Shown in pieces: positions 34,815 to 48,145 of a stretch of 64,000 nucleotides of DNA. How positions within the stretch are numbered: the stretch's first letter is position 1; each line of letters starts with the position of its first letter. This DNA is from Squalus acanthias (taxonomy: Eukaryota): the NCBI GenBank assembly GCA_030390025.1, contig CM059430.1, positions 67,704,001 to 67,768,000 on the forward strand, in the 5' to 3' direction. The position numbers were made by a program, and so were the translations under genes. Under the pieces are notes generated by a model that was not told where the DNA came from, did not search any database, and was given only the letters and a program-made list of their open reading frames with translations.

Positions 34815-37800
34815 GTATCGAGTCTGAGCGAGCGGACCTGCGGGAGGAACGGAGTCGGAGACCGGGGATAAAGGTAAGGCGGAGCAGAGATCTGGGAGTC
34901 TGAGCGAGCGGACCTGCGGCAGGAACGGAGTCCGCGACCGGGGATAAAGGCAGCGCGATGCAGAGAGAGACTGAGCCAGCGGACTACCTGCGAGGGAAAC
35001 AGTTGGCATCGACAAAACGAAAGAGTGACGTCAGAATTCAAAAGGTGTCGCTGGCACAAGGGAGCTGAGAGGTGAGTATAGGGAAAGTATTTGTGGTAAG
35101 TGTTGTTGTTCTGTTTTCAGTATATTTCTGCTAAGTAGTTCATAGCATATCTAAAGATGGAGGTGCTGATTGGTGGGAAGCTGTTGAGTGTTTCTTCTTA
35201 AGATTATTTCTGCTAAATTACCTCCATAGTCTGGTAAATAGAGGCATGGCAGGGCAACCCAGTCCCATGATTTGCACATCCTGTGCAATGTGGGATATCC
35301 TGGACGCTTCTTGCGGCCTGGATGACCACGTGTGCAGGAAGTGTCGCCAACTGCAGCAACTCGAGCTCCGGGTTTTGGAGATTGAGTGGCAGCTGGATTC
35401 ACTACAGTGCATCCACGAGGCTGAGAAATACTTGGAAAGCATGTTTCTATAAGTGGTCACCCTGCAGCCTCAGAATGTGCACGTAGAGAGGGAATCGGTG
35501 ACCACCAGACATGGAAAGAGGTCCAGGCAGGTAGGGCAGGAATCCCCAGAGTGCATCTCCCTCGCTAACTGGTTCGGAGTTCTGGGAACTGGTGGGGTGA
35601 TGGCTCCTCTGGGGAGAGCAGCCAGAGCCAAGGCCACGGCACCATGGGTGGCTCAGCTGCAGGGGGGGGGGGGGAAGAAGAGTGGAAGAGCAATAGTGAT
35701 AGGGGATTAATTGGTTAGGGGAACAGATAGGCATTTCTGCTGACGCAGACGTGACTCCGGAATGCTATGTTGCCTCCCTGGTGCCAGGGTCAAGGATGTC
35801 ACTGAGCAGCTGCAGGACACTCTGAGGTGGGAGGCTAAACAGCCAGAGGTAGTTGTCCATATTGGTACCAACGACATAGGCAGAGAGAGGGATGAGGTAC
35901 TGCAGGCAGACTATAGGGAGTTAGGGAAGAGATTAAAAAGCACGACCTCAAAGGTAGTAATCTCTGGATTACTCCCGGTGCCACGTGCTAGTGAATACAG
36001 GAATAGGAGGATAGAACAGATGAATGCGTGGCTGGAGAGATGGTGCAGGGAGGAGGGCTTTAGATTCCTGAGGCATTGGAACCATTTCTGGGGAAGGTGG
36101 GACCTGGAAAAGCCAGACGGGTTACACCTCAACAGAGCCGGGACCAATATTCTCACGGGGAGGTTTGCTAGTGCTGTTGGGGAGGGTTTAAACTAGCTTG
36201 GCAGGGGGATGGGCACAAGCATGTAGGAGTGGAGGGGAGGAATGCGGTGCATGGAAGAGTGAGTGTGTTGGATGGTACTGGAGCGGAAGGTAGTGCTGGA
36301 GGCGGAAGTAATATCATTTTAGAAAGGAGCACACTAAGAAAGACTACGAATTTTTTTTTAATGTGTTTACAATGCATGTACATAAACGCTCAAAATGTGG
36401 TGAAAAAGGTTGGTGAGCTACAACCACAATTAGTCGTGTGGCAATCTGATGTTGTGGCAATAACGGAAAGGTGGCTTAAAAACGGTGAGGACTGGGCACT
36501 TAATATTTAAGGCCATGATGTGGAGATGTCGGTGTTGAACTGTGGTGGACAAATGTGAGAAGTCGCACAACACCAGGTTATAGTCCAACAGGTTTATTTG
36601 AAATCACAAGCTTTCGGAGCGCTGATTTTAAGGGTACATGGTGTTCAGAAAAGATCGGGAATGAATAAAGGGAGGTGAGTTGGCAGTGCGGATTAAGGAA
36701 GACATTGTAATGTTGGAAAGGAAGGATGTTCTTGAGGGGACAAGGACATAATTCATTTGGTTAGAGTTGAGGAGCAAAGAGGGTATGATCAGGCTATTGT
36801 GGGTATTCTACAGGCCTCCAAATAGTGAGAGGGAGGTAGAGGAGGAAATCTGCAGGGAAATCGCAGAGACATGCAAGAGCTATAGAGTGATGATATTGGG
36901 GGACTTTAATACCCAAATATCGATTGGGATAATGCTAGAGTAAAGGGAAAGAAGGAGGAGGAATTTCTGAAATGTGTTCAGGAGAATTTCCTTGACCAGT
37001 ATGCTCTTGGCCCAAGTAGGAAGCAGGCATTGCTGGATCTGTTGCTGGGGAATGAGTTGGACCAGGTCGACCAAGTGTCTGTGGGAGAACACTTGAGTAC
37101 GAGTGATCATCATATCATAACATTTAGATTAGCAATGGAGAGGAGCAAGGAACAATCCAGAGTGGAACTTCTAACCTGGAATAGGGCTAACTTCAATGGG
37201 ACGCGAAAGGATCTAACCAGGGTAAAATGGAACTGAAGACTGCCAGGACAAACTGTAACGGAACAGTGGGTGATCTTTAAGAGGAGATGTTCCAAGTACA
37301 GTCCAGGTACATTCCAACAAGAGTGAAGCGGAAGGGAACCAAAGCAAGGGCTCCTTGGATGACGAGGGAGATTGAGAAGATGATGAAACAAAAAAAGAAG
37401 GTGTATGGTGAATGTCAGGTGAATTCTTCGAGGGAGAACCAGACCAAATACAAAAAGTTGAGAGGGGAAGTGATGACGAAAATAAGATTGGCAAAGAGAG
37501 AATATGAGAGTAGAATGGCGGTTAAAATAAAAGGGAACCCAAAAATCTTCTCTAAACAGTAAGCGGGTAGAAAGATGTGGGTTGGGGCCTATTAAGGACA
37601 AAGAAGGTGATATATGCTTAGAGGCACAGGGCAAGGCTAGAGTAATCAATGAATACTTTGTATCGTTGTTTACTAAGGAGATGGATGCTGACAAAATATC
37701 GGCAGAAGTGGAACAAGTAGAAGCAATGAAAGTGGTGTAAATTGATCGACAGGATGTACTAGAAAGACTCGGTATGCTTAGAGTGGAAAAGTCGCCTGGT

Positions 37801-39350
37801 CCAGATGGCTTCCATCCCAGGTTGTTAAGGGAATTTAGGAAGGAGATAGCAGAAGGGCTTGCCATAATTTTCCAATTTTCCCTAGATGCGGGGTAGGTGT
37901 CTGAGGATTGGAAAGTGGCAAATATGACACCATTGTTCAAGAAAGGGTGTACGGACAATCCTAGTAACTGCAGGCCAGTCAGTTTAACATCAGTGGTGGG
38001 TAAAGTTTTGGAAACAATAATCAAGGAAAAAATGAACGGGCACTTGGAGAGGTTTAAGCTAATTAAGGAGAGCCAATATGGATTCGTAAAAAGCAGATCG
38101 TGTTTGACTAATCTAATTGAATTTTTTGATGAAATAACAGGGAGGATTGATGAAGGGAATGCAATGGATGTTGTCTACATGGATTTTAGGAAGGCGTTTG
38201 ACAAAGTACCACATAGAAGGCTATTTAACAAAATTGAGGATCATGGAATAGGTGGGTCAGTGGCAGCTTGGATAAGGAATTCGCTTAAGGACAGAAAACA
38301 GCGAGTTGTGGTAAATTGCTGTTTTTCAGGTTGGAGGATGGTAGATAATGGTGTTCCTCAAGGTTCAGTGCTGGGGCCACTGCTTTTTTTGTGATATATA
38401 TAAATGACCTGGATATTGGAATACTGAGTAGAATTTCTAAATTTGCCAATGACACCAAACTTGGGGGTGTGGCAAACAGTGAGGATGATACCAATCGACT
38501 ACAATAGGACATAGAAAGGCTAGCAGAATGGGCAGACAAGTGGCAGATGGAATTTAATACAGAGACGTGTGAGGTGATGCATTTTGGCAGAAGGAACAGG
38601 GAGAGGCAATATACACTTAATATTACAGTTTTAAAGAGTGTGCAGGGACAGTGGGACCTGGGAGTTAATATGCATAGGTCCCTAAAAGTGGCAGGGCAGA
38701 TTGAGAGAGTTGTTAGCAAATCATATGGGATCTTGGGCTTCAGTAATAGAGGTATTGAGTACAAAAGTAGAAAAGTTATGCTGGACCTTTATATAGCGCT
38801 GGTTAGGCCAGAACTGGACTATTGTGTCCAGTTCTGGTCACCACCCTTTAGAAAGGATGTGAGCACTTGAGAGGGTGCAGAGGAGGTTTAGCAGAATGGT
38901 TCCGGAGATGGCGGATCTTAGCGACAAGGACAGGTTGGAGAAACTGACTTTCTTTTCATTAGAACAAAGGAGGTTGATGCGTGATTTGATACAGGTATAC
39001 AAATTATGACGGGTTTGGATTGGCTAGACGGGGAAAGGCTGTTCCCACTAGTTGATGGCACAAGAACTAGTGGAAACAGATCTAAGGTTTTGGGCAAGAG
39101 ATACAGGGGGGATGTGAGTAAACACTTTTTTACGCAGCGAGTAGTGATGACCTGGAACTCTCTGCTACGGGAGTTGTGGAGCGGAGACACTCAATGTTTT
39201 CTAGGGGAGACTGGATAGACACTTGAGGGAAATAAACTTGCAGGGCTACGGGGATAGACCGGGGGAATGGGACTGACTGAATTACTCTACAGAGAGCTGG
39301 CACGGACTGGATGGGCCGAATGGCCTCCTTCTATGTTGTTATGACTCTTA
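34815..39350 (+). mobile_element. Near full-length but disrupted CR1 LINE (repeat-containing 5' UTR, Zn-finger/esterase ORF1, EN-RT ORF2)
   Basis: ORF1 CTSC..CRKC, AIVIGD, HIGTND, DGLHL (SGNH esterase); ORF2 YINAQ, VVAITE.W, PGPDG, QGSVLGP; stops and frameshifts present. Confidence 0.92.
36513..36626. mobile_element. Short Penelope-like fragment inserted in CR1
   Basis: CACAACACCAGGTTATAGTCCAACAGGTTTATT...GCTTTCGGAGCGCTG flanked by direct repeat TTTAAGG; family assigned from recall. Confidence 0.55.
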
Positions 39351-39399
39351 CATCAGTTGGGCATTACCTCTTGCTGCTGTATGCTATACCACCAAAGAC

Positions 39400-40070
39400 T
39401 AAACCAAGACATTCCCTTTACACTTTTATTGCATAATAAACTGATGTTGCCATCATTCATTTAGGTCTCTCTGCTCCTCTGCATCATTAAAAATCCTACC
39501 ATTTATGATGAATTTCCTGTTCCTACTTTTACCTCCAAAATGTACTAGTTCTCATTTCCCTGCATTTGACATCAAACTTCCACCTGCCATTCGAGCTAAT
39601 TATCGATGTCGCCTGCACCAATTCTGGATCTGCATCATAATTGCCTTCCCGACTCCCCTTTAGTTATCATCTGCAAATTTTAATGTTGCTCTCTCAATTT
39701 CCCAACAAGATCATTGATGTTTAAAGTAAATAAAAGCAGCCTAACACAGTGTCTGTGGGACACCACTCGGTACATCATGCCACTACTGGAAACGTCCTTT
39801 TATCCTTAAACTTTTTTGCTTTATCTCTTCCAAACATCTCACTATCCATCTGGCCACGGAGCACTTACTTCCGTGTGATTTTATCGTCGGTGGTACCGTA
39901 GCAAAAGCGTTTTGATAATCCACATGGTTTGCATCTGCTGCATTTCATTTATCTCTTCCCTCTGTTATTTCCTCAGTGAATTCTGTAATTGAAGCACGAG
40001 CTGCCTTTTAGAAATTCGTGCTGACTGAGCTTGATTAGTTCAGCATTCTGCCAGAGATTAGCAGTTTTAT
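39400..40070 (-). mobile_element. Old CR1 RT fragment
   Basis: Antisense resemblance to CR1 RT (TCATCTGCAAATTT = K-F-A-D-D; CAAAAGCGTTTTG). Confidence 0.55.
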
Positions 40071-41485
40071 GACGAAGGACCTGCGAGATGCAATTAAATG
40101 TGCAACTGTTTATCTAGCATTATGTTGTAATCTATGTCACATGCTATTTTCTCATCTAATACCAATTCGTTAGCTTCGAGATGGAGATTAAATCAACGTG
40201 GTGTAGATTATTTTGGTAATTACGTAAACGAAAGTAACACATTCACGGACAGCAGTAAAAACATGAATATATGGCCATCCTATCAGTCCTGGAATCTGAT
40301 AGAATGTAAAGTATCAACGGAAGCATTGACCAATCTTTTTTTAGCTGCACGAGACGTTTTGCTAAATATTGAGACGAGCGTATCGCTTTTGGAGCTAAGT
40401 AAACAACATGGGTCAGTAGCTCAGCTCGAAGCACCAACTGTTCAAAGTTTAAATTTAGCTTTGTGAATTGCAACATCATGAAAACGCATTGAGTGTCGAA
40501 TAATGGTGGTTATTAATGTAATTGCAACAACATATGATATTCAGATCTAACAGCGATTCAATTTCATATTTGTCTTTGTAACATCTCAACATCACCAATG
40601 AAACAGTCTGCAATATTTATTCGATCCGCTTTAAGGCGCCTATACGTGTTCCATTGTTTCCATTTCCATATAATATATTAAGTGCAAGGCAAGCCGCAGA
40701 AATTATTCTTGAATGCATTTTCTGGCGTTTTATTTATACGTCCACATAGAAGTTCTGCTCACTCAAATTGGTTAAATCGCTGCAATTCGATGCAATTTCT
40801 TTATGCATTACAATAGTATAATATTGATGACATTGGCTCCCAAATTGCAGTTGTGTATATTGTCCAAAATATAAATAGAGAAATATGCAATGATGCGCAT
40901 GTTATTTAATCGCTCCATAATTGTAAGCATTTTTAGAGGAATGTTACTTGCAAAGCATTTCTAATGCAGCATCCGTGGGACTAAATTCTCCAGGTTAGTT
41001 TATGACTTAGATTCATGCTGCACGTTTTATTTATTCACCAACATACAATATCAATACGGTAACACTGGTTAAATCCCTGAAACTCGATGTAATTTCTTCA
41101 TGTACTAGAATACTGCAGCATTGATTACAGCGGCTCAGAAAACTGTAGGTTCTGGACAAATGTCTAAATTCCAAAAGAGTTCGACCAGTGAAGCAGAAAT
41201 TTCTCCATAATTGTAACCATTTGTGCTTTACTCTCCGAAATCTGTTGGATTTTAGACATTTGTCAAGAACCTACAATTTTGTGAGGAATGTTACTAATTC
41301 AAGACGTTCCTGTCACAGTGTTTTACATCTCAGAACTAAAAGTTGGAGGCGAACAAGGAGTAGATTTTACAAAGCATTTCTAATGCGGCATCAAGCCGTC
41401 CGGCTTCAACCACATCAGGACAGTGGGCAGAGGCAAGACACCATCATTCGGGATGTCACAGGAGGGGCACTTTCAGACGGAAATC

Positions 41486-42676
41486 TGTAGGCTTCGCAAA
41501 ATCCCCCAGAAACTCGAACAGAGCACTAAAGGGAGTGATTTTTGGACTTTTCATACAAACTTGGGATGATGAGGCCTAAGTGAAGTGATTTGATGTATAA
41601 ACCTAAAGATCAGGGAAGAAAAAACCTGAGGAAACTGACTTTTTTTGAATCTTACTGTTGGGAGAGACACCTTTCACAAACACAAGCTGCGAGGGGCGTG
41701 GCCGGGCAGTGAACAAATCAAGCTGTCTGGGAATTGTTTACACTACAAATCCTACCCAGGTGCAAGAGACAAAGCAAAAACTCACAAACACATTCAAATA
41801 TGAATCCCCAGGGGCAAACAAGATGCTGGAAATCTAAAAACGATTCAATGACAACAAAACTTCGATCACACGGTTTCATAGCCATTATCCGATCAAAAAA
41901 AACAATCAACCAGGTATCCACAGAACAGATTTAAAAGCCTGCCAACAGACCTAGGACAATAGGGTGGAGATTTGGCACGTAGATAAGGCTGTGTTTATGT
42001 CGGAAAACGATCAAGACATGTTTAACACTGAGCAAAAACCATCAGAACTGGCAAGCCCGCCAAAACTAGACAATTGGACTAAGCAAGGTTCATTTGCAAC
42101 CAAAAGGAATCCATTTTAGTAGGGGTTTTTTTGGCGCGAAAAGGAAACAGTACAATTTGAAAGCCTGTGCCATAATCTCTCTTTTTTTCAGACTGGCTGA
42201 CGACGCGGACACAGCTCTCTCCCTGCTCCAGCAAAACCTTCCACAAGCCACGAGGAAGAAGGCCAGAAGACCAGCACGCAAGAAGAAACCAGAGCGACTG
42301 CCTCAGTGACCATCGGACACCTCGCAGCAACAAGGGCCTTACGGAGTCTTTTTAAACAAAAGACTCCAATATCCTGTCAAGGATTCGTTGGTGAGCATTA
42401 TCCCTGATCTTCTGAAACGACAAACCTAGCCAGATAGTGGGATCTTTGGGAGGGATAAGGTTTTGTTTGATATATTGTCATTTCCCTCGCTTGTACCGTG
42501 TGCTCCCCAAATCTGTGTTTAAGTAATAAGTGTGTTTCAAGTTTGTTACCTTTTTCTTTTAATAAAGTAAAATTCTTTCATCAGAACCTGTTTACTGCAA
42601 TTTTGTTCACAATCCCTAAATAAGTCCAAAGTCTAGGAACCGGAGGGGTGTGGGAGCGATTAAGATACCCCTTACA
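41486..42676 (+). mobile_element. Solo LTR (about 1.19 kb)
   Basis: TGTAGG...CCTTACA termini, 4-bp TSD AATC on both sides, AATAAA at 42561, no ORF. Confidence 0.75.
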
Positions 42677-42789
42677 AATCCTGCTCCCAGGCTGCCTGTA
42701 ACCAGCAGTTCAGCATCATAACAAGAGTGACTGGCAGACGGTAGTAAGTGGACAGGTATTCCCCGTTGTACCATTGAAGGAATAAAGAT

Positions 42790-42978
42790 AAGGAAAGTGC
42801 TGAAAAACACTCAGCACGCCAGGCAGCATCTATGGAGAGAAGCCCAGAGTTAACGTTTCAGGTCGATGACCATTCATCAGTTCTGTTTCCCTCGCTACAG
42901 ATTCTGCCTGCCCTGCTGAGGGTTTTACAGCATTTTCTGTTTTTATTTCAGATTTCCAGCATCCGCAGTGTTTTGCTT
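42790..42978. mobile_element. Palindromic Penelope-derived short repeat with hammerhead-like core
   Basis: Inverted arms CTCAGCA..CAGGCAGCATCT / AGATTCTGCCTG..TGCTGAG; minus strand CTGATGA-stem-GAAAC. Confidence 0.65.
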
Positions 42979-43239
42979 TTGTTGAATGAATACAGGACAG
43001 GTCAGAAGATTGCGCTTCTTCTTACTGAAAACACTGTCTGCGATTATATACAAGATGGTTGAACTGTTCATATGCACGACCCAAATTTATAGTGGCTGTG
43101 AGAGGACCGCTTGGCTTTCTCCGTCCTGGTAGATTTGCAGATATTTTTTTTTTGCTGCTGGCGCAATGCTCAATAATCATTGCGGCAATTAAACAGTTTC
43201 GCTTTATATTACAATGAACACATAATAAAAGTAAGGACG

Positions 43240-43370
43240 AAGTCTGGTAATATGTTGATAGGGTTAGATGAAGTAGGGTGGGAGGAGGTTAGTACGGAGC
43301 ATAAACATCGGCATAGAACGCTTGGGTCGAATGGACTGTTTCTGTGCTGTAAATTCTGTGTATTTCTATG
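43240..43370 (+). mobile_element. Short CR1-like 3' end
   Basis: TGGGTCGAATGG.CTGTTTCTGTGCTGTAAATTCT tail, as in other copies. Confidence 0.55.
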
Positions 43371-44619
43371 AAATAATGCGTGTATAAGAATGGATAATCC
43401 ACTTAACGGGCTCAAACAGATTGAAATTATTTCCATGGTCTCTATAGTAACTCTGTGGCAACACGTTTTATACTTTCTCACCCCAACCACCCCCCCCCCC
43501 CCACCCACCCCACTCAGAATGGTATTTAATTCGCCGATTCTGTATTAATCGCTTACTGCACATTATCGTTAAAATTCTGAGTCGGGAAAATTTACCTTTC
43601 ATTATATCCAGCAAATGGTTTCCACAGTTTACAATCGGGACCTCGGACCCCACACAAGCAATTGGCTTCGTTGATGTAGTTGATTTCGCCGCAGTAACCA
43701 ATCAACGGGATAACCAAGTTTGTAGCGAGCTCCGTAGGATGTACCATTCTATATTCATAACACACTATTTAAACAGTGCTCAGTTTTAAAACAATAGGAG
43801 CATGGTAACAGTAGCTGTGGACATGCATGTGCTCAATTTATTTATACAAATGTAAAAATAAAGATACCTAGACAAGATTCAAAGACACGCCATTATCCAT
43901 ACTTTCCTAGTTCAAATACTTCGAATTAACCCCTATTCTTAGCTTTCTATGACCAAGCCATCTCTCTATCGATTCCATTTGATACAGAAGGATCTAATTT
44001 TCAGACTTCATGCTTCCAATTATGGAGCTTTAACCAAAGACTGGGCAAATCAAAAACTTCAACATGTGTAGTCCATGCTTTTTATCCATTAACATGATTT
44101 GGCTAGTAATTGGTAGCATCCCATCACAATAGTTGCACCGAGCGGGTAAGGTTCTGGGTTCAGCTCAGTTACTTATCCTGTTTTACTGCCCGTCACCGAA
44201 ACTAGCACTACATCCTTCCGTTTGGGACTCGCAAACGAAACAGTATAGGGTGGATTCTAAGAAATTCTACCTACCTTGAACGGAAACTATTGTTTGCACC
44301 CAGGCTACCTCTGAGTAGTTCATGTCGCCTATTATGTACTGTTAACCTCTCCACATTATCTAGAATTGCCATTTTCCTGAATTTTCTGTCGATCTGTAAG
44401 TGAAGGCGGGAAACCGGATAAACCCCGAGCAGAACTTCGGGGTCAACATCTTGATGAATCAAAAAAAATCACCAGGAATAAAAAAGGGATTCAATTAAAG
44501 TTCTTATTTGAACCCCAATCAAAGTCTGCACCCCAGTATTATCCATTAATGTCCAGTTATGCTCCAAATTTATGCGTTTTAAGGCGTTCGCATCATTTCT
44601 CAATGAATTCTGCCACATT

Positions 44620-44930
44620 AACAACAACTTTATATAGAGCCTTTTATGTAGTTAAAAGTCCCAAGTGGCTTCGCAGGAGTGCTATCAAACAAAACTTGAT
44701 AAACAAACATATAAGGAGATATTACAACAGATGACCAAAAGCTTAGTCAAAGTGATAGGTTATATATCTTAAAGGGGGAGAGAGGGGTAGAGAGGCAGAG
44801 AGGTTTAGGGATTGAATTCCAGAGTTTAGGGCATAGGCAGCTTAATCCACGGGTGCACAAGGGGACGGAATTGAAGGAACGCAGAGTTCTCGGAGGGTTG
44901 TAGGGCTGGAAGAGGTGACAGAGATTGTGA
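44620..44930 (-). mobile_element. L2 LINE 3' fragment
   Basis: Homologous to 48146-48500; PKLWNSIPKPL.LS on the minus strand. Confidence 0.75.
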
Positions 44931-47900
44931 TATCCTGCCGAAGTTAGGTCTGGAGATTTGGAGATCCCCCGCAGAAATTCTACGAAGCATTTCCCGATAT
45001 TCCAGGCACTAACACCAGTGCAGCACGCCACACTGGTTGGAGACGCTGGAATCCCCAGAGAATAAATTCATTGGGGCTGCCATCGTTCTCTCGCCAGCGA
45101 CTAGTTGGTGCACCGCGGAATTACAGGGCAATTAATCTGGATTCGGAGATACGAAGTTAATGGATTTCCACCAGGGCGTGATGACTAACCCATTGACAAC
45201 CAATCAAGAGCAAGTTTGGGACATGTCTTCAATATCTGAGTTAGAAGAAACAGAATCAGTGGAGTTGATACACGGTCTAACATTGTACTGGGCAATTTCA
45301 AAAAGTAAGTGTCAGTGAGGGGTTATCAAAATAAATGATTGGACAATGCCTATGTTGTATCAATATTAATTTTTTCCCATTTACATCCAGTTTTATCACA
45401 CGGTCACAGCTGGAAGTTACTGTACAGGCCAGATCATTTTAAGTGTTTTATTATGAATTATAAAATCTTCCTATAATCGGTGTATCTAGTAGCATTGTGA
45501 ATGCGCAAGACGTTAAGAGGACATTAAGGCGTGATTTATAGTAACAGCCTATATTCATTGTAATTTCACCTCTGAATCCAGAACCAGCATAGCAGAATAC
45601 AGACAGTTACGTATTAATGATACAAATACACTTTAGTAACCTGATTTCGATTTTACCTCGTCTGTTCCACAATTCTATTCAAACTTGAAAGTGAGTTGCA
45701 CCATGGCCCTTGGATCTTAGTTTCTCATACGGGACAACATCGGTTCCACCACATACTCAATACCTGGACCAAATTCACTCAGAACTGACAGAAACACGAG
45801 CGCGTTGGTCAATTCCAGAATTTAACAAATTCTCAGCCTGTCGGTTTAAAGACTATGGGAATTTAAAACCTCACCATTCTGGTGGGAGAATGCCAACACA
45901 CGCAATCTCGAAGATTGCATCGCTGTATAAAACTAACATCTGACGGGCTTAAATTAGGTTTTCATTTCTAAAAAGCAACAAATATTACAAATTAAATAAA
46001 GAGGAAACAATCAAATTACTCGATTATTTGAAAATCATTTGTTTTTCGTTTCACCATTAAGCTGAGGTTTACAGCTGGAAACAAGGCTTGCAAAATCCGA
46101 ATTCCAAAATTAAAGAAGAAAACATTTAACCCAATTGATACAATAGAATTTTCTGTGTTTTCATCAGATTCTGAGAACATTTTACGACGGAAGTTTGCAC
46201 CTATCTAAGAAGCCCCAGCTTACAGTGTAAGGGCTTTTTAGCGATATCACCCTGTCAGCGGAAAACAAGCCCAAGAATGCAGTTGCCGACAGCTCCCAAC
46301 ATGCACCACTGTGCCTGCCCATAATAGTCTGTGTAGAGAATAACGAGAATGCACTTACTGCTGCTCGTTTCTGAGTTCAGTGAACACAACCTTTCTCAGA
46401 AGACACCAGATATGGTGTTTTGTAAAAAAACAATCCCCCCTCCCCCCACCCCCACCCCCGTCACCCACACTGTACAACAAAAAAAGAGACATTGCTGAGC
46501 AATCATGACAACAGAAAGGTAAATAAGCCTTTATTTACCTCATTGAATACGTTAACTTTGGCTGCAGTTTTTTGCATGGAACATTAAAGCAATGTAAAGA
46601 ATGAAGTTTTGAACAGTTTTGTCCTTAAGGAACAATATTCAATCGGCTAGTGATTTATGTAACCACAGATATTTCTTACACTTATTTAATGATTTATGTT
46701 ACTGTGCTATGTGATTGAAACAACGTGATTTATTTATATCCCCCGCAGTTGGTGAGAAAAACGCCATTTGATTGATTGATTAATTTGTTAGTTCAATTAA
46801 TCATGTTCAGAAACCAATTAAAACATTGCTTCAAAAGCTCTCACGAAATTTCTTGCAATTCCGTTCAGTGGCAACGTGCACTTCTGTGGCATTGAAATTT
46901 AATGGCAGAGGTTATTTTCATCCTGACAGTAAACGTCCGAAATAGGCTTGGCCTGTTCCTGCTTGGCATGGGTCACAGAACAAAATCGACCAGTTTGGAA
47001 TTAATTGTCACTCTCACTGAGAGAAACCACAGGATAATTAGTATGGGAGTGAAAAACATCTACTGGTCTACATGCCTGATTTCTACTCAGGTTGGGGTTG
47101 AGCCATATGGTGAACTCATGCCTGCCTTGCTTCAGGGTCGTGCTGACATCATGAAATTGCCTCTCTATTAATGTAACAAAATTGCAAACCTATTCGTTAA
47201 AAACGGGTCCGGAATTCTGTTATGCATAGCACACAGCCGACAACTACATAAGTAAAGCAGGAAATCGTCCCACTCCTCAGCCCTCACACCATTCACCGCG
47301 ATTAATGCAAAATTCACGCAACCGATTTGTGAAAGGAGGAAATGGAGTTTGAAGTTAAGTTATACTAAAATCAGAAATATTCAAAATCAGGTTATATTTC
47401 GATTGTCACTTCATGTGTTGAGTATAAGTAGACACAGAAACAACTGTTGATATAATTTAGCGATGTGCAGATATTAACTGCGGCGTCATATGTTCAATAA
47501 CACTGAATAAACCGCGCGCAAACACCAAATAAGTTGAATGACCTGTTAATTTTCGAAGGTTTGCTAATGAGGAAACTGGGAGAACGGAGCGTTCATCTGA
47601 AAAATGCCATGGGATATTTTAATTCTACCTAAACAGGCAGATGCGTCCTTAGTTAATCTTAAAGACAGCACTTAAAACAGTGCAAAATTCCCTCAGTACG
47701 ATATATTATATCCGTGCATACTACCTGTCAACTTTACCATTATCAATTCATTTAGCCGCATTTAAATGGCAATTCCTTCTGTCAGTTTGTCAAGCTGTAA
47801 TTACGCCCTCCACGCATTAGACTCATTGCAGCGCCGTCACTGGATGGAGAGCGTAATTGCAGCCTAACTGGTTTAAGACGGGAAATGTACATTATAAAAT

Positions 47901-48145
47901 AAATTCACAGGACAGAATCTATATGACTTTAAATGGGTATCGAGATAGGTATGGACGGACTAGTCCATATATCACCCAGCCTCTAACCTTGCTACACCTG
48001 ATGACTACACTTCAGTTTGACTCGCCTTGTGCAGCACTATGGGAGATTGACTATATTTTATAACATTTACCTTAACTTTAAAAAAATGGTTGATGCAGAC
48101 GTACATAATATAAGCAGAGCCAGTGACTTATGATACGATGCGCTA

